This document shows positions 1 to 10,185 of a stretch of 64,000 nt of DNA, in pieces. Both the position numbers and the translations under genes were made by a program. The number at the start of each line of letters is the position of its first letter. Positions within the stretch are counted from its first letter, which is position 1. The DNA comes from a virus (taxonomy: Duplodnaviria > Caudoviricetes): positions 32,001 to 96,000 of the IMG/VR virus record IMGVR_UViG_3300028886_000004, one strand, 5' to 3'. The notes beneath the pieces are model-generated. The model was not told the DNA's origin, searched no databases, and saw nothing but the letters and a program-made list of their open reading frames with translations.

Positions 1-10
1 GGATGATTCC

Positions 11-2797
11 TTGTATAGCACCTATTGGAAAGAATTTCTGTCCGCGAAAGTGAACGCGGGCCCGACTCCTCCCGGTCCGAAGGTGAAGCCGATGTATTTG
101 CGCCTCGAGCAGGTGCCGCCGGAAACCACCCTTGTGGACCAGTATGCAAATTTCATACCGGAGCTTCCGCTCGTAACCATCGAGATGGATGGCGAGCGCA
201 TCAACGTGACCGATCGTATCACGGCGAATACGCCCAATACGGAGGTTCCAGGGCTGTTTCGTATCGATTACCGCATAAATCTATCCCACGAGTTTTCATC
301 GCCTATTTGGGCCGTTTATGTCTCAATACAACAGCGTCCGATTTTGCGAAAGGCCGCCGCGGGCTGGGTGCGCGATAGCTATGTGATTCAAACGCTCAAC
401 CGCCTTGTGATGGAACCGCAGTTCTTGGAAGCACTCCACGCCGCGGGCGAACCGCTTTACGGCTTTATGGAGGCCAACCAGCATCCGTCCGTAAGGGCCT
501 CGAATCTCTACAAATATGAAGGGCTGGAAGCGTGGGGAGCTGGCGGCGCGTTTAACGACCACTCCAACGGCATCTTCATCACCGGGCTGAAACTTCCGCA
601 AGGCTCCATCGTCATCTATCAAAGACGGATGCTCCAGCTTCGCGAGCCCGTTTGGCCGGATCCGGTCGGCGCCTTCCATCATATGGATCCGCTGACCCAC
701 GAGCGCACCCCGGATGCCTATTCCAAGGGTAGCGTCGTGCGCGATGGAGATTCCTGCTACATTTGTATCAACGAGGCCAATTCCGGTATTCCGATGAGCA
801 ACGCGGACTACTGGCGCAAAGGCTATCTCTACAAATTCAATGTCCTTAACGGCGACGATGATTTCAGGTTGCCGCGTGGGCGCCTGCCAGTCGGCAAAGG
901 CGGCGTGGAACATATTTGGATTACGGTGGACAACCAGGGCTATTCGTTTTGGGTGGACATCGCCAACCAAACGTCCATCGGCACATATCGCGGATACTAC
1001 GACCGCAAGCACTACGCCGACTACGGCACCGGGGATATGGTCACCTATATCTCCGAGGATGCCATCAAATTGTTCAAGCGCAAGGCCACGGACATTCAGG
1101 GGCAGGATACCTTGATCTACCCGCCGGGACATCATCTCAACCCCGCTTGGGATGAGGTCTTCGCCAAATTCCCCGAGGAGCACCAGCCGCTGTTCTCCGA
1201 TTACTTTATTGTCCCGCATACCAACGCGTCGAACGCTGTTCTTGCAAAAACGTGGACAGTGTCGGAAGAGATGTGCGAGGCCTACGGGAATATGATGGGT
1301 ATTCCTCCGCTGATCGTGAAGGAGTGCGGCGCCAAGTGGTCCGCATTGCTTTTCGCATTGCTGTCCCGCACACGCAACACCTTTGAAGGACTCCGCGTTT
1401 GCTTCCGGGCGGTTGGCTTGGATGTGGAGAATCTCCGCTTGTCCGATCCGTCCCTCAAATACCTGTGCAACCCCGATGGCGACGGGCTGGAAGAGGTTGA
1501 TGACGTTTACACGCAACACGAGAATCTCCGCAGGCTCATTGCGAACATTGATTCGCTGGCGCCTGAGGGCAAAGAAAAGGCGGAAGAGGGTTGCCTCCGC
1601 TATGTTACCGAAAATACAGAAGGCGCCGATTCGAAGGACATCAATGTTGCCATCCAGCAATATTCGGAAGCGGATGGCGGCTGGGTTACGCGCTATCGCT
1701 TTGAAAGGATTGAGCCGGCACAGAATTTCAATAACCGCTACTACAAAGGCGATTTGAATGTGCTGGCACGCCTCGCCGAGGATGCAGTTGCCGATTTGGG
1801 CGATGGACATACTTGGGTGAAGGAGTCCGCTTGGGCAGGCAACCCGTCGGCGCTCGTTGCCGAATGCCTTACCTATGAAATTCCTATCTACATTTTCCTC
1901 CGCCTCAAGATTTGGCTCTATGCGGAAAACCGCATTGAAATGCAGGGCTTCGTTTATTCCGGACTTTGCGATGGTCAACGCGGCGGCGCCAAGAATGTGA
2001 TTGAATTGTTCCCCTCGCGCTACTTCAGCCGCGTTGCCCACAACTTCGTTGATGTGGAAACCGGGGTGTTCATTAAGGAGAATGACGGCTGGACCGAAGT
2101 GCAGCCTACGCGCTACAATGAGGAACGCGGTTCCAAAATCTATGAATTCAATGGAATGGTGAATCCGCTCCGCATTATGGCGGTGGACCCGGACAATGTA
2201 TCGTTTGTCCGCTATTGGCAATCGACCCACACGTTCGGCCTGCTCGGGCTGGCGGATTCCACATCGACCGTTAACGAAGTCCCCTTCTTCAACGATGCGC
2301 ACTTCCATAACGTGACCGACCCGGACATTACGGACGAAACCGAATTGATGCTTATGAATGGCTATGTCGGGGTCACGGCATTGTATCGCCCGAAGGAATT
2401 GCACGCGCTCGCATCCGCCCGCCGCTGGATGTATGTTCTCGGCGAGGAGGACTCCGAGGAGAAGTGGGAATTGAGCAACGACGTTGCCTTCGCGGACTTT
2501 GCCGATATCGAGTCCACGGCCATCTATCCGTTTGAAGGGGATGCGGCTTCCTTGAAGGCTGCTCTCAACTACGTCACGGACGGGGAAGGCAATCGCCTTG
2601 ACTTTGAATGGGATGGCGATGAATTGGTCTTCCACGACATCTTCCCGGATGCCATCTACCTGAGGGACAGCGACGGGGTTATCCTTGGCGCCTACGCCTT
2701 GGTGGCCGGACAATACACATTGACGCAGACCGATTACGACCACTACCGCACGGAAACTCCCTGCACATCTGTCCGCATTGGTTTTTCCTACGAGTAG
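11..2797 (+). CDS. Large virion structural protein, probably baseplate wedge/tail-associated; may begin before the window
   Basis: 928-aa ORF with short CBM5/12-like motifs (AYSKGSVVRDGDSCYIC, DYGTGDMVTY), upstream of a tail-fibre-like gene. Confidence 0.5.
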   Translation: MYSTYWKEFLSAKVNAGPTPPGPKVKPMYLRLEQVPPETTLVDQYANFIPELPLVTIEMDGERINVTDRITANTPNTEVPGLFRIDYRINLSHEFSSPIWAVYVSIQQRPILRKAAAGWVRDSYVIQTLNRLVMEPQFLEALHAAGEPLYGFMEANQHPSVRASNLYKYEGLEAWGAGGAFNDHSNGIFITGLKLPQGSIVIYQRRMLQLREPVWPDPVGAFHHMDPLTHERTPDAYSKGSVVRDGDSCYICINEANSGIPMSNADYWRKGYLYKFNVLNGDDDFRLPRGRLPVGKGGVEHIWITVDNQGYSFWVDIANQTSIGTYRGYYDRKHYADYGTGDMVTYISEDAIKLFKRKATDIQGQDTLIYPPGHHLNPAWDEVFAKFPEEHQPLFSDYFIVPHTNASNAVLAKTWTVSEEMCEAYGNMMGIPPLIVKECGAKWSALLFALLSRTRNTFEGLRVCFRAVGLDVENLRLSDPSLKYLCNPDGDGLEEVDDVYTQHENLRRLIANIDSLAPEGKEKAEEGCLRYVTENTEGADSKDINVAIQQYSEADGGWVTRYRFERIEPAQNFNNRYYKGDLNVLARLAEDAVADLGDGHTWVKESAWAGNPSALVAECLTYEIPIYIFLRLKIWLYAENRIEMQGFVYSGLCDGQRGGAKNVIELFPSRYFSRVAHNFVDVETGVFIKENDGWTEVQPTRYNEERGSKIYEFNGMVNPLRIMAVDPDNVSFVRYWQSTHTFGLLGLADSTSTVNEVPFFNDAHFHNVTDPDITDETELMLMNGYVGVTALYRPKELHALASARRWMYVLGEEDSEEKWELSNDVAFADFADIESTAIYPFEGDAASLKAALNYVTDGEGNRLDFEWDGDELVFHDIFPDAIYLRDSDGVILGAYALVAGQYTLTQTDYDHYRTETPCTSVRIGFSYE

Positions 2798-2851
2798 TGC
2801 GCCTGCTTCTTCTGTTTATGTATATTTGAAGATGGATTAAATGGTAGAGCT

Positions 2852-3088
2852 ATGGGCATCAAACTTATAAAGAAAAAAACCGAGGCAAGCACTTCCGTAG
2901 GCGAGTTTCAGGCAATTCTTGATTCGCTGGCGGGGCTGTATGCCAATGACGTTCAATTCAAGTATGACGGCGACCAAAAGGTGGTGGCGGTAACTAAAGG
3001 GGACAAGACCATTGGAACTGTCCGTGCCGAAGGTGCCCTTCACACAATCATTTGGGCGACGCTGAGCCTTGCGGAGAAAGAAGCGTGA
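2852..3088 (+). CDS. Small protein with N-terminal MGIKLIKKKTE tag (putative internal head protein)
   Basis: N-terminus shared with the ORFs at 4529, 5803 and 6158; TATATTTG box upstream at 2821. Confidence 0.7.
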   Translation: MGIKLIKKKTEASTSVGEFQAILDSLAGLYANDVQFKYDGDQKVVAVTKGDKTIGTVRAEGALHTIIWATLSLAEKEA

Positions 3089-3939
3089 TAGCGATTATGA
3101 CAAATCAAGGCGCCCTTGAAGTCGGCCGCTCCCTTTCCGGGGGCAGTCGTTTTCTTGCTTGGGAAGCCGCTCTCCTCAAAGAGAACTTCGATGGCGAATC
3201 CGTCGATCAGGTGGCAAATATCACCTCCGACGATATAAGCCTCGGCGCCGGATTGATTCACGGCAAACAAATTGTCCATACATTTGAATGCACCGGTTCC
3301 CTGCCGGTTCAGGTCTCCTCCGAGGATGGCGGGACCGAAGTGAAGGCGATGGCGGTTGATTTCGATTTCAACGGCCAAGTCCCTATCGAAGAGGGATCCA
3401 GCTCCAGCAGCGGCAGCGGCGCCGGGAACACCTCCCTGGAATACTCCGCCGTTGTGGCTCTTGCCCGCCGCTACTCCAAATATCAAACGGTTGCCCCGGG
3501 GAGGACCTATAACGTAGGCGACCACGTTTGGCTTCCCTATGAAGCCGACCCCCAGCGCACGAAGGCGTATGTCTGCCTTACGGACGGATTCGTATACGCC
3601 GGCGTCCTGCCTAGCGAGGACACGGAGCATTGGATGGAAACATCCACTGAAACGTTGATTAACTATCCCGGCGAGCCCGACTTCTATTGCGACCCGAACA
3701 GCGACATCATTCCCTTCTTCGTTACCTCCTACGACGACCCCGTCACGATGGCAAATGGTATGGAATGGGAATACAAGGTCCGCGTCTTCTTGGACAATGT
3801 GGTTACGACCAAATTGTCCGAGCTCAAGTATTTCTCAAAAGGCGGGCTGGAAGTTAACGGCAGCCTGATGCTCACATTCCTTGCGAACACCGCCGAGATG
3901 TTCCGTGCCATCCGAGAAAAAGTTTCAACCGCTTCCTAG
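3085..3939 (+). CDS. Tail collar/fibre-like protein
   Basis: GTG start overlapping the previous stop (alternative ATG at 3097); IMTNQG N-terminus resembles tail-collar proteins; CBM-like motif TYNVGDHVW...AYVCL. Confidence 0.45.
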   Translation: MIAIMTNQGALEVGRSLSGGSRFLAWEAALLKENFDGESVDQVANITSDDISLGAGLIHGKQIVHTFECTGSLPVQVSSEDGGTEVKAMAVDFDFNGQVPIEEGSSSSSGSGAGNTSLEYSAVVALARRYSKYQTVAPGRTYNVGDHVWLPYEADPQRTKAYVCLTDGFVYAGVLPSEDTEHWMETSTETLINYPGEPDFYCDPNSDIIPFFVTSYDDPVTMANGMEWEYKVRVFLDNVVTTKLSELKYFSKGGLEVNGSLMLTFLANTAEMFRAIREKVSTAS

Positions 3940-3951
3940 CGAGGTTCTTTT

Positions 3952-4515
3952 ATGCCGAAAATCAAAATGCTTGAAAAGCTGTCCCCCTATAAGGTAACCT
4001 ACTTGGCGGACAGACCGGGCGAGATTGGCGCCAAGCTCTATGCGAAAAAAGTTTTTGCCGGCAACGACCGGGATGCCGTTATCACTTTCAACAACTGGTT
4101 TGATACCTGCAAGTCCTTCCCCGAAGGTTCCTCTTGCGACATTCAAAAGGTCGAATTGATTCAAGGCGAAAGCGCCAACAAGTCCTACACATTTACTTGG
4201 TGGGACAACGAGCCCACCGCCGACCGCCGCCCCACCACGAGGGCGGATTTGAAAAATTGCCTGCACAAGGAAATTTTCCTTGCCGTCGATGATGCGGAAG
4301 CGCTGAAGCTGGCGATGGAATATCTTTGCGATTACACCGGCGATGACCCCGAGGATGTTGCCGACACGCCGGAAAAGATTTGGGACCACTTCAACAGCGA
4401 TTGGGGCTCCGGCGATCCTATTCCGATGGTCCTCAAGCAGCGCAGCCGCGTTGTCAAGGATTCCGGCTTCAATCCAAATCGCGAAGACGACGAATCCAAG
4501 CACACCAAAAAGTAA
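3952..4515 (+). CDS. Hypothetical protein (MPKIKMLE start, possibly a tag variant)
   Basis: ORF with GAGG RBS, inside the tagged-gene cluster. Confidence 0.6.
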   Translation: MPKIKMLEKLSPYKVTYLADRPGEIGAKLYAKKVFAGNDRDAVITFNNWFDTCKSFPEGSSCDIQKVELIQGESANKSYTFTWWDNEPTADRRPTTRADLKNCLHKEIFLAVDDAEALKLAMEYLCDYTGDDPEDVADTPEKIWDHFNSDWGSGDPIPMVLKQRSRVVKDSGFNPNREDDESKHTKK

Positions 4516-4528
4516 AGGACAGCATATT

Positions 4529-5794
4529 ATGGGAATCAAACTTATCAAGAAAACAAACGAGTCCTTTGAATCGGACTTGGAAAACATTGCGCAGACCAGC
4601 GGCGAAATCGAATACGATGACGCCTGGAAATTGAATCGCTCCGCCGCCAAGGATCCGGAACTCCGTAAAAAGGTCCGCAACCTGATTGGCGATTGGCGCA
4701 GCGCCGCCGAGGACGAGGACAACGATGAAATGACAAAGGCCGCCAAGGCGCTCAAGGCATTGGCGGATTCCCTGCCTAAGCAGGAGGCGCGTATGCACCT
4801 CGGCCGCTGCGTAAACTGCCACGGCGGATGGACCAAGACCAATTACGTCGATGAACTGGAACCGGACGTTCGCAAATACTTCAAGGGAATAGGCTTCGCG
4901 GATAACGACGACGTTTGCCCCAAGTGTGTTGCGGCGGTGAAAAAGCATCTCGCGCAGGGCAAGGCCGAAGGCGCCACCTATGACGAATATGTGGACGCGG
5001 TTGCAGCCAGCCTTGAAGATGACTTTGAATACAGCCCGATTACGGCGCTTGAATTTGCCCGCGATGATTTCAAGGACATCACAAAGGCCTTCTACAGCGC
5101 TACCAAGACCCCGAAAGAAGCCGCAAAGGAAATTGACGCCAAGTATATGGGCGAAGGCCGCAAAAAGGCCGAAGGTCACGAAGGCTGGGACGATTGGGAA
5201 GAAGTCGAAGGGCTGGAAGAATCCATTGAAGGAATTGAAAACCTCGCCTACGAATTGCGCCACTGCATTCGCGGCGCCAAGACCCATTGCAAGGATTGGA
5301 AGTCCCTCGCCCTTTACATCAAGGGACTTGCATCCAACCTTGACGATGCCGCCGAATTGATGGCATACAAAACGGACAGCGATGACGATGATGAATCCGC
5401 AAATGAATCGGACAATCCCGTAGGCGAACTCTTTGATGCCTTGAAGCAGGCGCTTGCCGGAAAGGGCTACAAGGTTTCGCAGTTCACCTCGGACAAGGAA
5501 TTTGTCGGACAGAAGAAGGCTTTCGACGGCATAAGCATCGAAAGTGAGGACCCCGACGCGTACCACAAAAATCCGTACCGCATTGTCCTTGATACGGATG
5601 ACAACCTCTTCCGCATCTTCTTCCCCGGGGTTCGCCGCAAATCCGTAACCGGACAGCCCGGCAGCATTTCGGGCATTGTCAAATTCATCTTGCGCGACCT
5701 CAATTTGGATGAATCCAAGAAGAAGAAAAACCCGAGCAAGGATTTTTCGTCCACTGTTGAAGAGGACGAAGATGGCAGAAAGAAATCTCACTAG
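4529..5794 (+). CDS. Putative internal head polyprotein (MGIKLIKKTNE tag; CxxC..CxxC module)
   Basis: True start is the ATG at 4529 after AAGGA; shared tag; acidic; recurring K/A-x-E sites. Confidence 0.75.
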   Translation: MGIKLIKKTNESFESDLENIAQTSGEIEYDDAWKLNRSAAKDPELRKKVRNLIGDWRSAAEDEDNDEMTKAAKALKALADSLPKQEARMHLGRCVNCHGGWTKTNYVDELEPDVRKYFKGIGFADNDDVCPKCVAAVKKHLAQGKAEGATYDEYVDAVAASLEDDFEYSPITALEFARDDFKDITKAFYSATKTPKEAAKEIDAKYMGEGRKKAEGHEGWDDWEEVEGLEESIEGIENLAYELRHCIRGAKTHCKDWKSLALYIKGLASNLDDAAELMAYKTDSDDDDESANESDNPVGELFDALKQALAGKGYKVSQFTSDKEFVGQKKAFDGISIESEDPDAYHKNPYRIVLDTDDNLFRIFFPGVRRKSVTGQPGSISGIVKFILRDLNLDESKKKKNPSKDFSSTVEEDEDGRKKSH

Positions 5795-5802
5795 GAGTTT
5801 TT

Positions 5803-6141
5803 ATGCACATCAAACTTATTAAGAAAACAAGTGAAGCCGCCCGAGACCTGGAAGCAATTCGTGCCAAGTTTTGCGACAATCCGGATCTCGCCAAAATAGG
5901 GTGCCTCACCGAGCCTTATGAAGGCAACGCCATTTTTGGAACACAGACTTGGAGCGATGGCGTCCCGATTACAAAACACTGGCATCGGGATAACAAAAGC
6001 CAATGGGTGTCCCTTAAAAAGGGAACGCGCTGCATCGCATTGCTTGATCAGGACGGCGGGGAAGTTGAGGCCGTTTGGATTCCATACCGCAACGGATGGC
6101 TCCGTGTGGATGGCAGCGACATCGAAGTAAATTTTAACTAA
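5803..6141 (+). CDS. Putative internal head protein (MHIKLIKKTSE tag)
   Basis: Shared tag; AGGAG RBS. Confidence 0.75.
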   Translation: MHIKLIKKTSEAARDLEAIRAKFCDNPDLAKIGCLTEPYEGNAIFGTQTWSDGVPITKHWHRDNKSQWVSLKKGTRCIALLDQDGGEVEAVWIPYRNGWLRVDGSDIEVNFN

Positions 6142-6157
6142 AACACCGAGGACTATT

Positions 6158-7693
6158 ATGGGAATCAAACTTATCAAGAAAACAAACGAGGCTGCCTACA
6201 CGGCGGTCAAGAATCCGAAGCAGGCCGCTTTCATCATTGATTGCGGTTCCCCGGAAAAGGCAAAGGAATTGAACGATGCCTTCTCGGTCTTAGCCGAAAA
6301 GGTGTTGGACCGCGATGACAAGGAAGCGGGAGACGCAATCGGGCGAAACGTTATTATGTTTTATGATGTCGGCCCCTTCTTCACCGCCTGCGTCGATCCT
6401 TGTGACAAGGCAGCCGCGTGGTGTGAAGAATGGCTCCGCAATTCCGGCGGCGCAGCACCTGCTATTCAGGGCAATTCCGCCGGGCTGGAAAGCAAGGCAA
6501 ACGAGGATGACGTAGGCGCCCGCCTCCGTGACATTCTCAACGGCAATGACGTTTGGTCCGAAGTGAGCGGCGGCGATAACGATTCGCTCGTGGACAACAT
6601 CCTTGACGGCGATTGGATTGGCTTGATGTGCGGACCGAACAGTGACGACGCTGCCGATTGGGATGCCTACATCAAGGACACCTTCGGTTCCTTCAAGCAG
6701 TATGTTGAAGCCGAATGGTTCTCCCCGGATGAAAATGACCCGAACTTCAAAACTGTCCACATCAAGTTCAAGCCGCGTTTCGCCCTTGGCGATAAGGAAA
6801 CGCAGACCAGCGTTCTCAGCCAGCTCGGCGACAAGATCGCGGATGGCTACTTCGCTATGGCGGAAAAGCGCCACGAGGCGCTGTCCCCGAAAATGCAGAA
6901 GCGTCTTAAATTGAAGGCGTGGCAGGACAACTCTGTGAAAATGAAAGGCTTCGATGAAGCCGGTTACTCGTTCCTCGATTTGTATGAGGACGGCAAGTGC
7001 GACACAATCGCCGTCCCTACCAAGGGCTATCAAACCGAAAAGGAAGCGCTCGACGCCGCAAAGAAAATCTTTGACGACTTTGACGAATACTTCGAAGTGA
7101 CCGCCCACTTCGATGAAGAAGGCGGACCGGATGGCGAAGCCGTGTGGTTCCCTGCCTACGGATTGAAGAAGACCTTTGTGGACCTCCCGGAAGGCGAAGG
7201 GCTGGAAGTTCTCTCGGAACTCTCCGATGTCCTCTATCGCCTGTATACAAAGGGCGAGTCCGCAAGCGAAGACCGCCGTGGCACGGACCGCTACGGACAC
7301 CACGTCAAGCGCTTCACTACAAAGGACCTGAAGGGCTTGGATGGCGATGGCGACGCGGCTGGCGACAATGGTGGCAACGGCGCCGATGCGGGAACGGGAG
7401 CGGATGACAAGTTTGGTCTTGCCTATATGGACACGACTTCGATTTCCGCGTTCTCCAACAACTTCAGCACCAGCGAGCGCGACAACTTCCTGCACGACCT
7501 CGCCCAAATGCCGGTGTCCAAGAAATCGATTGAGGACCTGCTCCGCAAGCACAAGCTCCACAAATACGGGCGTGAGGTTGGAGTCCGCGACTTCTTCCCG
7601 GACAACGGAATCGCCTACCTCGGAACATATGGCGATGACGGCCTCCCGTATAAGTCGCTGTACCTCAAGTGGGGTCCGGCGCTGAAGAAATAA
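6158..7693 (+). CDS. Putative internal head polyprotein (MGIKLIKKTNE tag)
   Basis: Shared tag; GAGGA RBS; acidic and modular. Confidence 0.75.
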   Translation: MGIKLIKKTNEAAYTAVKNPKQAAFIIDCGSPEKAKELNDAFSVLAEKVLDRDDKEAGDAIGRNVIMFYDVGPFFTACVDPCDKAAAWCEEWLRNSGGAAPAIQGNSAGLESKANEDDVGARLRDILNGNDVWSEVSGGDNDSLVDNILDGDWIGLMCGPNSDDAADWDAYIKDTFGSFKQYVEAEWFSPDENDPNFKTVHIKFKPRFALGDKETQTSVLSQLGDKIADGYFAMAEKRHEALSPKMQKRLKLKAWQDNSVKMKGFDEAGYSFLDLYEDGKCDTIAVPTKGYQTEKEALDAAKKIFDDFDEYFEVTAHFDEEGGPDGEAVWFPAYGLKKTFVDLPEGEGLEVLSELSDVLYRLYTKGESASEDRRGTDRYGHHVKRFTTKDLKGLDGDGDAAGDNGGNGADAGTGADDKFGLAYMDTTSISAFSNNFSTSERDNFLHDLAQMPVSKKSIEDLLRKHKLHKYGREVGVRDFFPDNGIAYLGTYGDDGLPYKSLYLKWGPALKK

Positions 7694-7717
7694 AAGTTCC
7701 TATCACTCAAATGGAGT

Positions 7718-7748
7718 AGGGCTCGCCAGCAATGGCGGGCCCTTTTTG
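7718..7748 (+). terminator. Rho-independent terminator
   Basis: AGGGCTCGCCA-GCAA-TGGCGGGCCC followed by a T run. Confidence 0.8.
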
Positions 7749-7837
7749 TAAATGGCGCATAAATGCGTTTTACGGCGCTAAAATATGAAAGGCAGGTATT
7801 TGCCTGCCTTTTTATTTTCATGCGCTTATAGGCGCGT

Positions 7838-9862
7838 TTACGGCGCAGGGATTGCTATACCAGCCAGGGCGAGGTAGCGCTTCGCATTTGTACGGGCGTT
7901 CAATTCCTGCTCCGCTATCTTTCGCATAGCCGCACCATCTTCCGGCTTATACTTTAACAATTCCGCAACAAGCGCCCGAACAGTGTTGATTGGCGGGAGA
8001 CCACGCCCCGTAAAATTCGCGCGTGCGCAAGTATGCCAATTCTCGGCGGTGATATAGCCGCATCCGGTATACGGATTCAATTTGCGATTGTCCCAAGATA
8101 TACACGCTCTCCCGCACGCCATACCATCGTAAAGGGAGCGCCCGATTCCTACAACAATGTCCGCATCGTTTATCAAGTCTTCAACGTGCCACACGCGCTG
8201 CCCCACTTCTTTGGGGACGCTTTTGAAGGTCCAGCCTAATTCCTTGCAGGCGGCCTTCAACATAGAATCATCGCCTTGACAGATGGACAATACTCGCGGG
8301 CAAAGGGCTGCCGGGCGAGCAGGCCCACGCAGTGGGGACTTAGAGGCATAGCGCTCCAAATCTTCGCCGTTGCGCATAAGGATCGTTTCATAACCGCGTG
8401 CTTTCAAAAAGTCCTGAATCTCTTCGGATATGGACACATACGCCTTGGCGCCTTTAATTGGAAATTCTAGTGAGGTCCACTTGCTGTGGCAAGTTTGAAC
8501 AACGGGGCATTTACCGATGAATTCTTTTCCGGATTGCTGGTTCGCAAAGCAGGCCGCAAGCGGGGTGCCCCACTTGTACGGCTGAGCGCCTATTTCCTTG
8601 AGATACTTTTCGGTCACGCCGTTCCCGTCCATATCCGGCGCGTAGTAATAAACGGTATACCCTAAATCGATAAATGCCTTGCTCATTGCCCAATTAAAGG
8701 TATCGGTCCCGCCAATAAATTTATATGTCCCATTCGCAACACAAATATTGCGGCAATTAGGATCGTGAATGATTTGATGCCCTTTAACAATGGCAGCGGG
8801 ACCTTTGCAATATTCTGCATACATTGCCGGGTATATCTTATAAAGGTCGGAATACATCCCGACGGAATTGGTGCTGACATCCCCTAGCGCTGCTATTTTA
8901 CTCTTATCAAATAACATAGTCAGCATCCCTTCAACCATATAACGCATACTTTCGGTTTTATTGCGGGCGCTGGCTAATTTCAAATCAATGGCTGCCTTGC
9001 GCGATAAAAGGGCGCTCCCCTTATACGCTTGGAACGAGCCGGAGGCGTGATACGGGTGGACATTCCATCCAAGTCGGCGTGTCCAGTCCGGGTTTGCGTG
9101 GAGCAACCCGCATACCGCTGGCTTCGCTTCTGTTGGGGCAATAGTGAACAGTGCCCTATACATCAAATAGGACCAAAACGTTATTCCCTTAAAATTCCCG
9201 TAATCATAAAATACAGAAGACTTATTGCGCGTGCTTCCCGGCTTATGGCTGGTCCCTTTGAAATGCAAATAATACATGTCCGCGTCCGCCTTGGCGGCGC
9301 CTAGAAATTCATTGTAGGTGCCCCACTCCCAAGTATCGGAATTGACAACCCCTTTGATGTCCAGCCTTGCTTTCCCGCGACCAAGCGCCGTCTTCAATGC
9401 GTTGGACACATATGCAGGCACCTTGCCGTCGCCTGCTACGCGGATGTGAATTTCATCAAAGAAGTCCGCCGCGTCAAATGCCCACAGCATATTGAGGTGG
9501 AAAATTTCGATCGGCTGGAGTTCTCCGCCGCATGTCATCCAATGGATAAACGCAATGCGTTTGCCTTTCCAATGGGGCGCACATACATTTGATTTTGCAT
9601 AAACGGGGACGCCCCAAAGTTGAAGCAGGCTCTGTGTCTCCGCCGACGGCGTGTTGGCTTTTTCCGCCAAGTCCTTACGCTTAGACAGGGACTTGTCCAC
9701 CTTGTATTCAACGCCCGGTATTCCCGCAAGCCTGCCGTGGACAAAGCCTTCGGAGTGAAGGACAACTACCTTCTCCTTCTTCGCAAGCGCCCGCATTATC
9801 TTCGCCTGATTGAGCTGGATAACCGTTTCCGGCTCATACGCGTGGTCTACAATCTTAACCAT
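7838..9862 (-). CDS. Multi-domain glycosyltransferase (C-terminal GT-B/GT4-like domain)
   Basis: GGTDTFNWAMSKAF and DIVVGIGRSLYDGMACGRACISW motifs; middle domain with YYLHFKG. Confidence 0.75.
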   Translation of the reverse strand: MVKIVDHAYEPETVIQLNQAKIMRALAKKEKVVVLHSEGFVHGRLAGIPGVEYKVDKSLSKRKDLAEKANTPSAETQSLLQLWGVPVYAKSNVCAPHWKGKRIAFIHWMTCGGELQPIEIFHLNMLWAFDAADFFDEIHIRVAGDGKVPAYVSNALKTALGRGKARLDIKGVVNSDTWEWGTYNEFLGAAKADADMYYLHFKGTSHKPGSTRNKSSVFYDYGNFKGITFWSYLMYRALFTIAPTEAKPAVCGLLHANPDWTRRLGWNVHPYHASGSFQAYKGSALLSRKAAIDLKLASARNKTESMRYMVEGMLTMLFDKSKIAALGDVSTNSVGMYSDLYKIYPAMYAEYCKGPAAIVKGHQIIHDPNCRNICVANGTYKFIGGTDTFNWAMSKAFIDLGYTVYYYAPDMDGNGVTEKYLKEIGAQPYKWGTPLAACFANQQSGKEFIGKCPVVQTCHSKWTSLEFPIKGAKAYVSISEEIQDFLKARGYETILMRNGEDLERYASKSPLRGPARPAALCPRVLSICQGDDSMLKAACKELGWTFKSVPKEVGQRVWHVEDLINDADIVVGIGRSLYDGMACGRACISWDNRKLNPYTGCGYITAENWHTCARANFTGRGLPPINTVRALVAELLKYKPEDGAAMRKIAEQELNARTNAKRYLALAGIAIPAP

Positions 9863-10046
9863 TCAAATGTTTCCTGAAAATTTGAAGAAGCGCCCTTACC
9901 GGGTGCTTCCACTTGGTTTCCTCTATAAGCCGCCGCGTCATCTCACGCCGCCTGCCTGCCTTGAAATGGGATGGATGCATCGGATGACCCTCCCATTTCG
10001 CAATATCAAAATACTGCGGCCACAGCCCTTTGGGCACGCCTATCAT
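9855..10046 (-). CDS. Hypothetical protein
   Basis: ATGA coupling with upstream gene, overlaps the glycosyltransferase start. Confidence 0.55.
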   Translation of the reverse strand: MIGVPKGLWPQYFDIAKWEGHPMHPSHFKAGRRREMTRRLIEETKWKHPVRALLQIFRKHLNG

Positions 10047-10183
10047 TCGTCCCACTCCACCTTGCTAAGGTCAAAGCGGCGCTCCCGCTTGATCGCTTCC
10101 AGCTTCTTCTTCCCGTATGCCTGCTTCGCAAATGCCTTCGCAGCCTTGCCCCAGTCCTTTTTCTCAAATTCCTTTGTGTCCAT
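10043..10183 (-). CDS. Small hypothetical protein (MDTKEFEKKDWGK..., 46 aa)
   Basis: Read manually; GAGG RBS; fills the gap in the operon. Confidence 0.55.
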   Translation of the reverse strand: MDTKEFEKKDWGKAAKAFAKQAYGKKKLEAIKRERRFDLSKVEWDE

Positions 10184-10185
10184 CT

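Larger units (their letters stand above)
4525..6190 (+). repeat. Identical 37-nt direct repeat at 4525-4561 and 6154-6190 encoding the N-terminal tag
   Basis: TATTATGGGAATCAAACTTATCAAGAAAACAAACGAG occurs twice; degenerate copies at 2852 and 5803. Confidence 0.95.
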
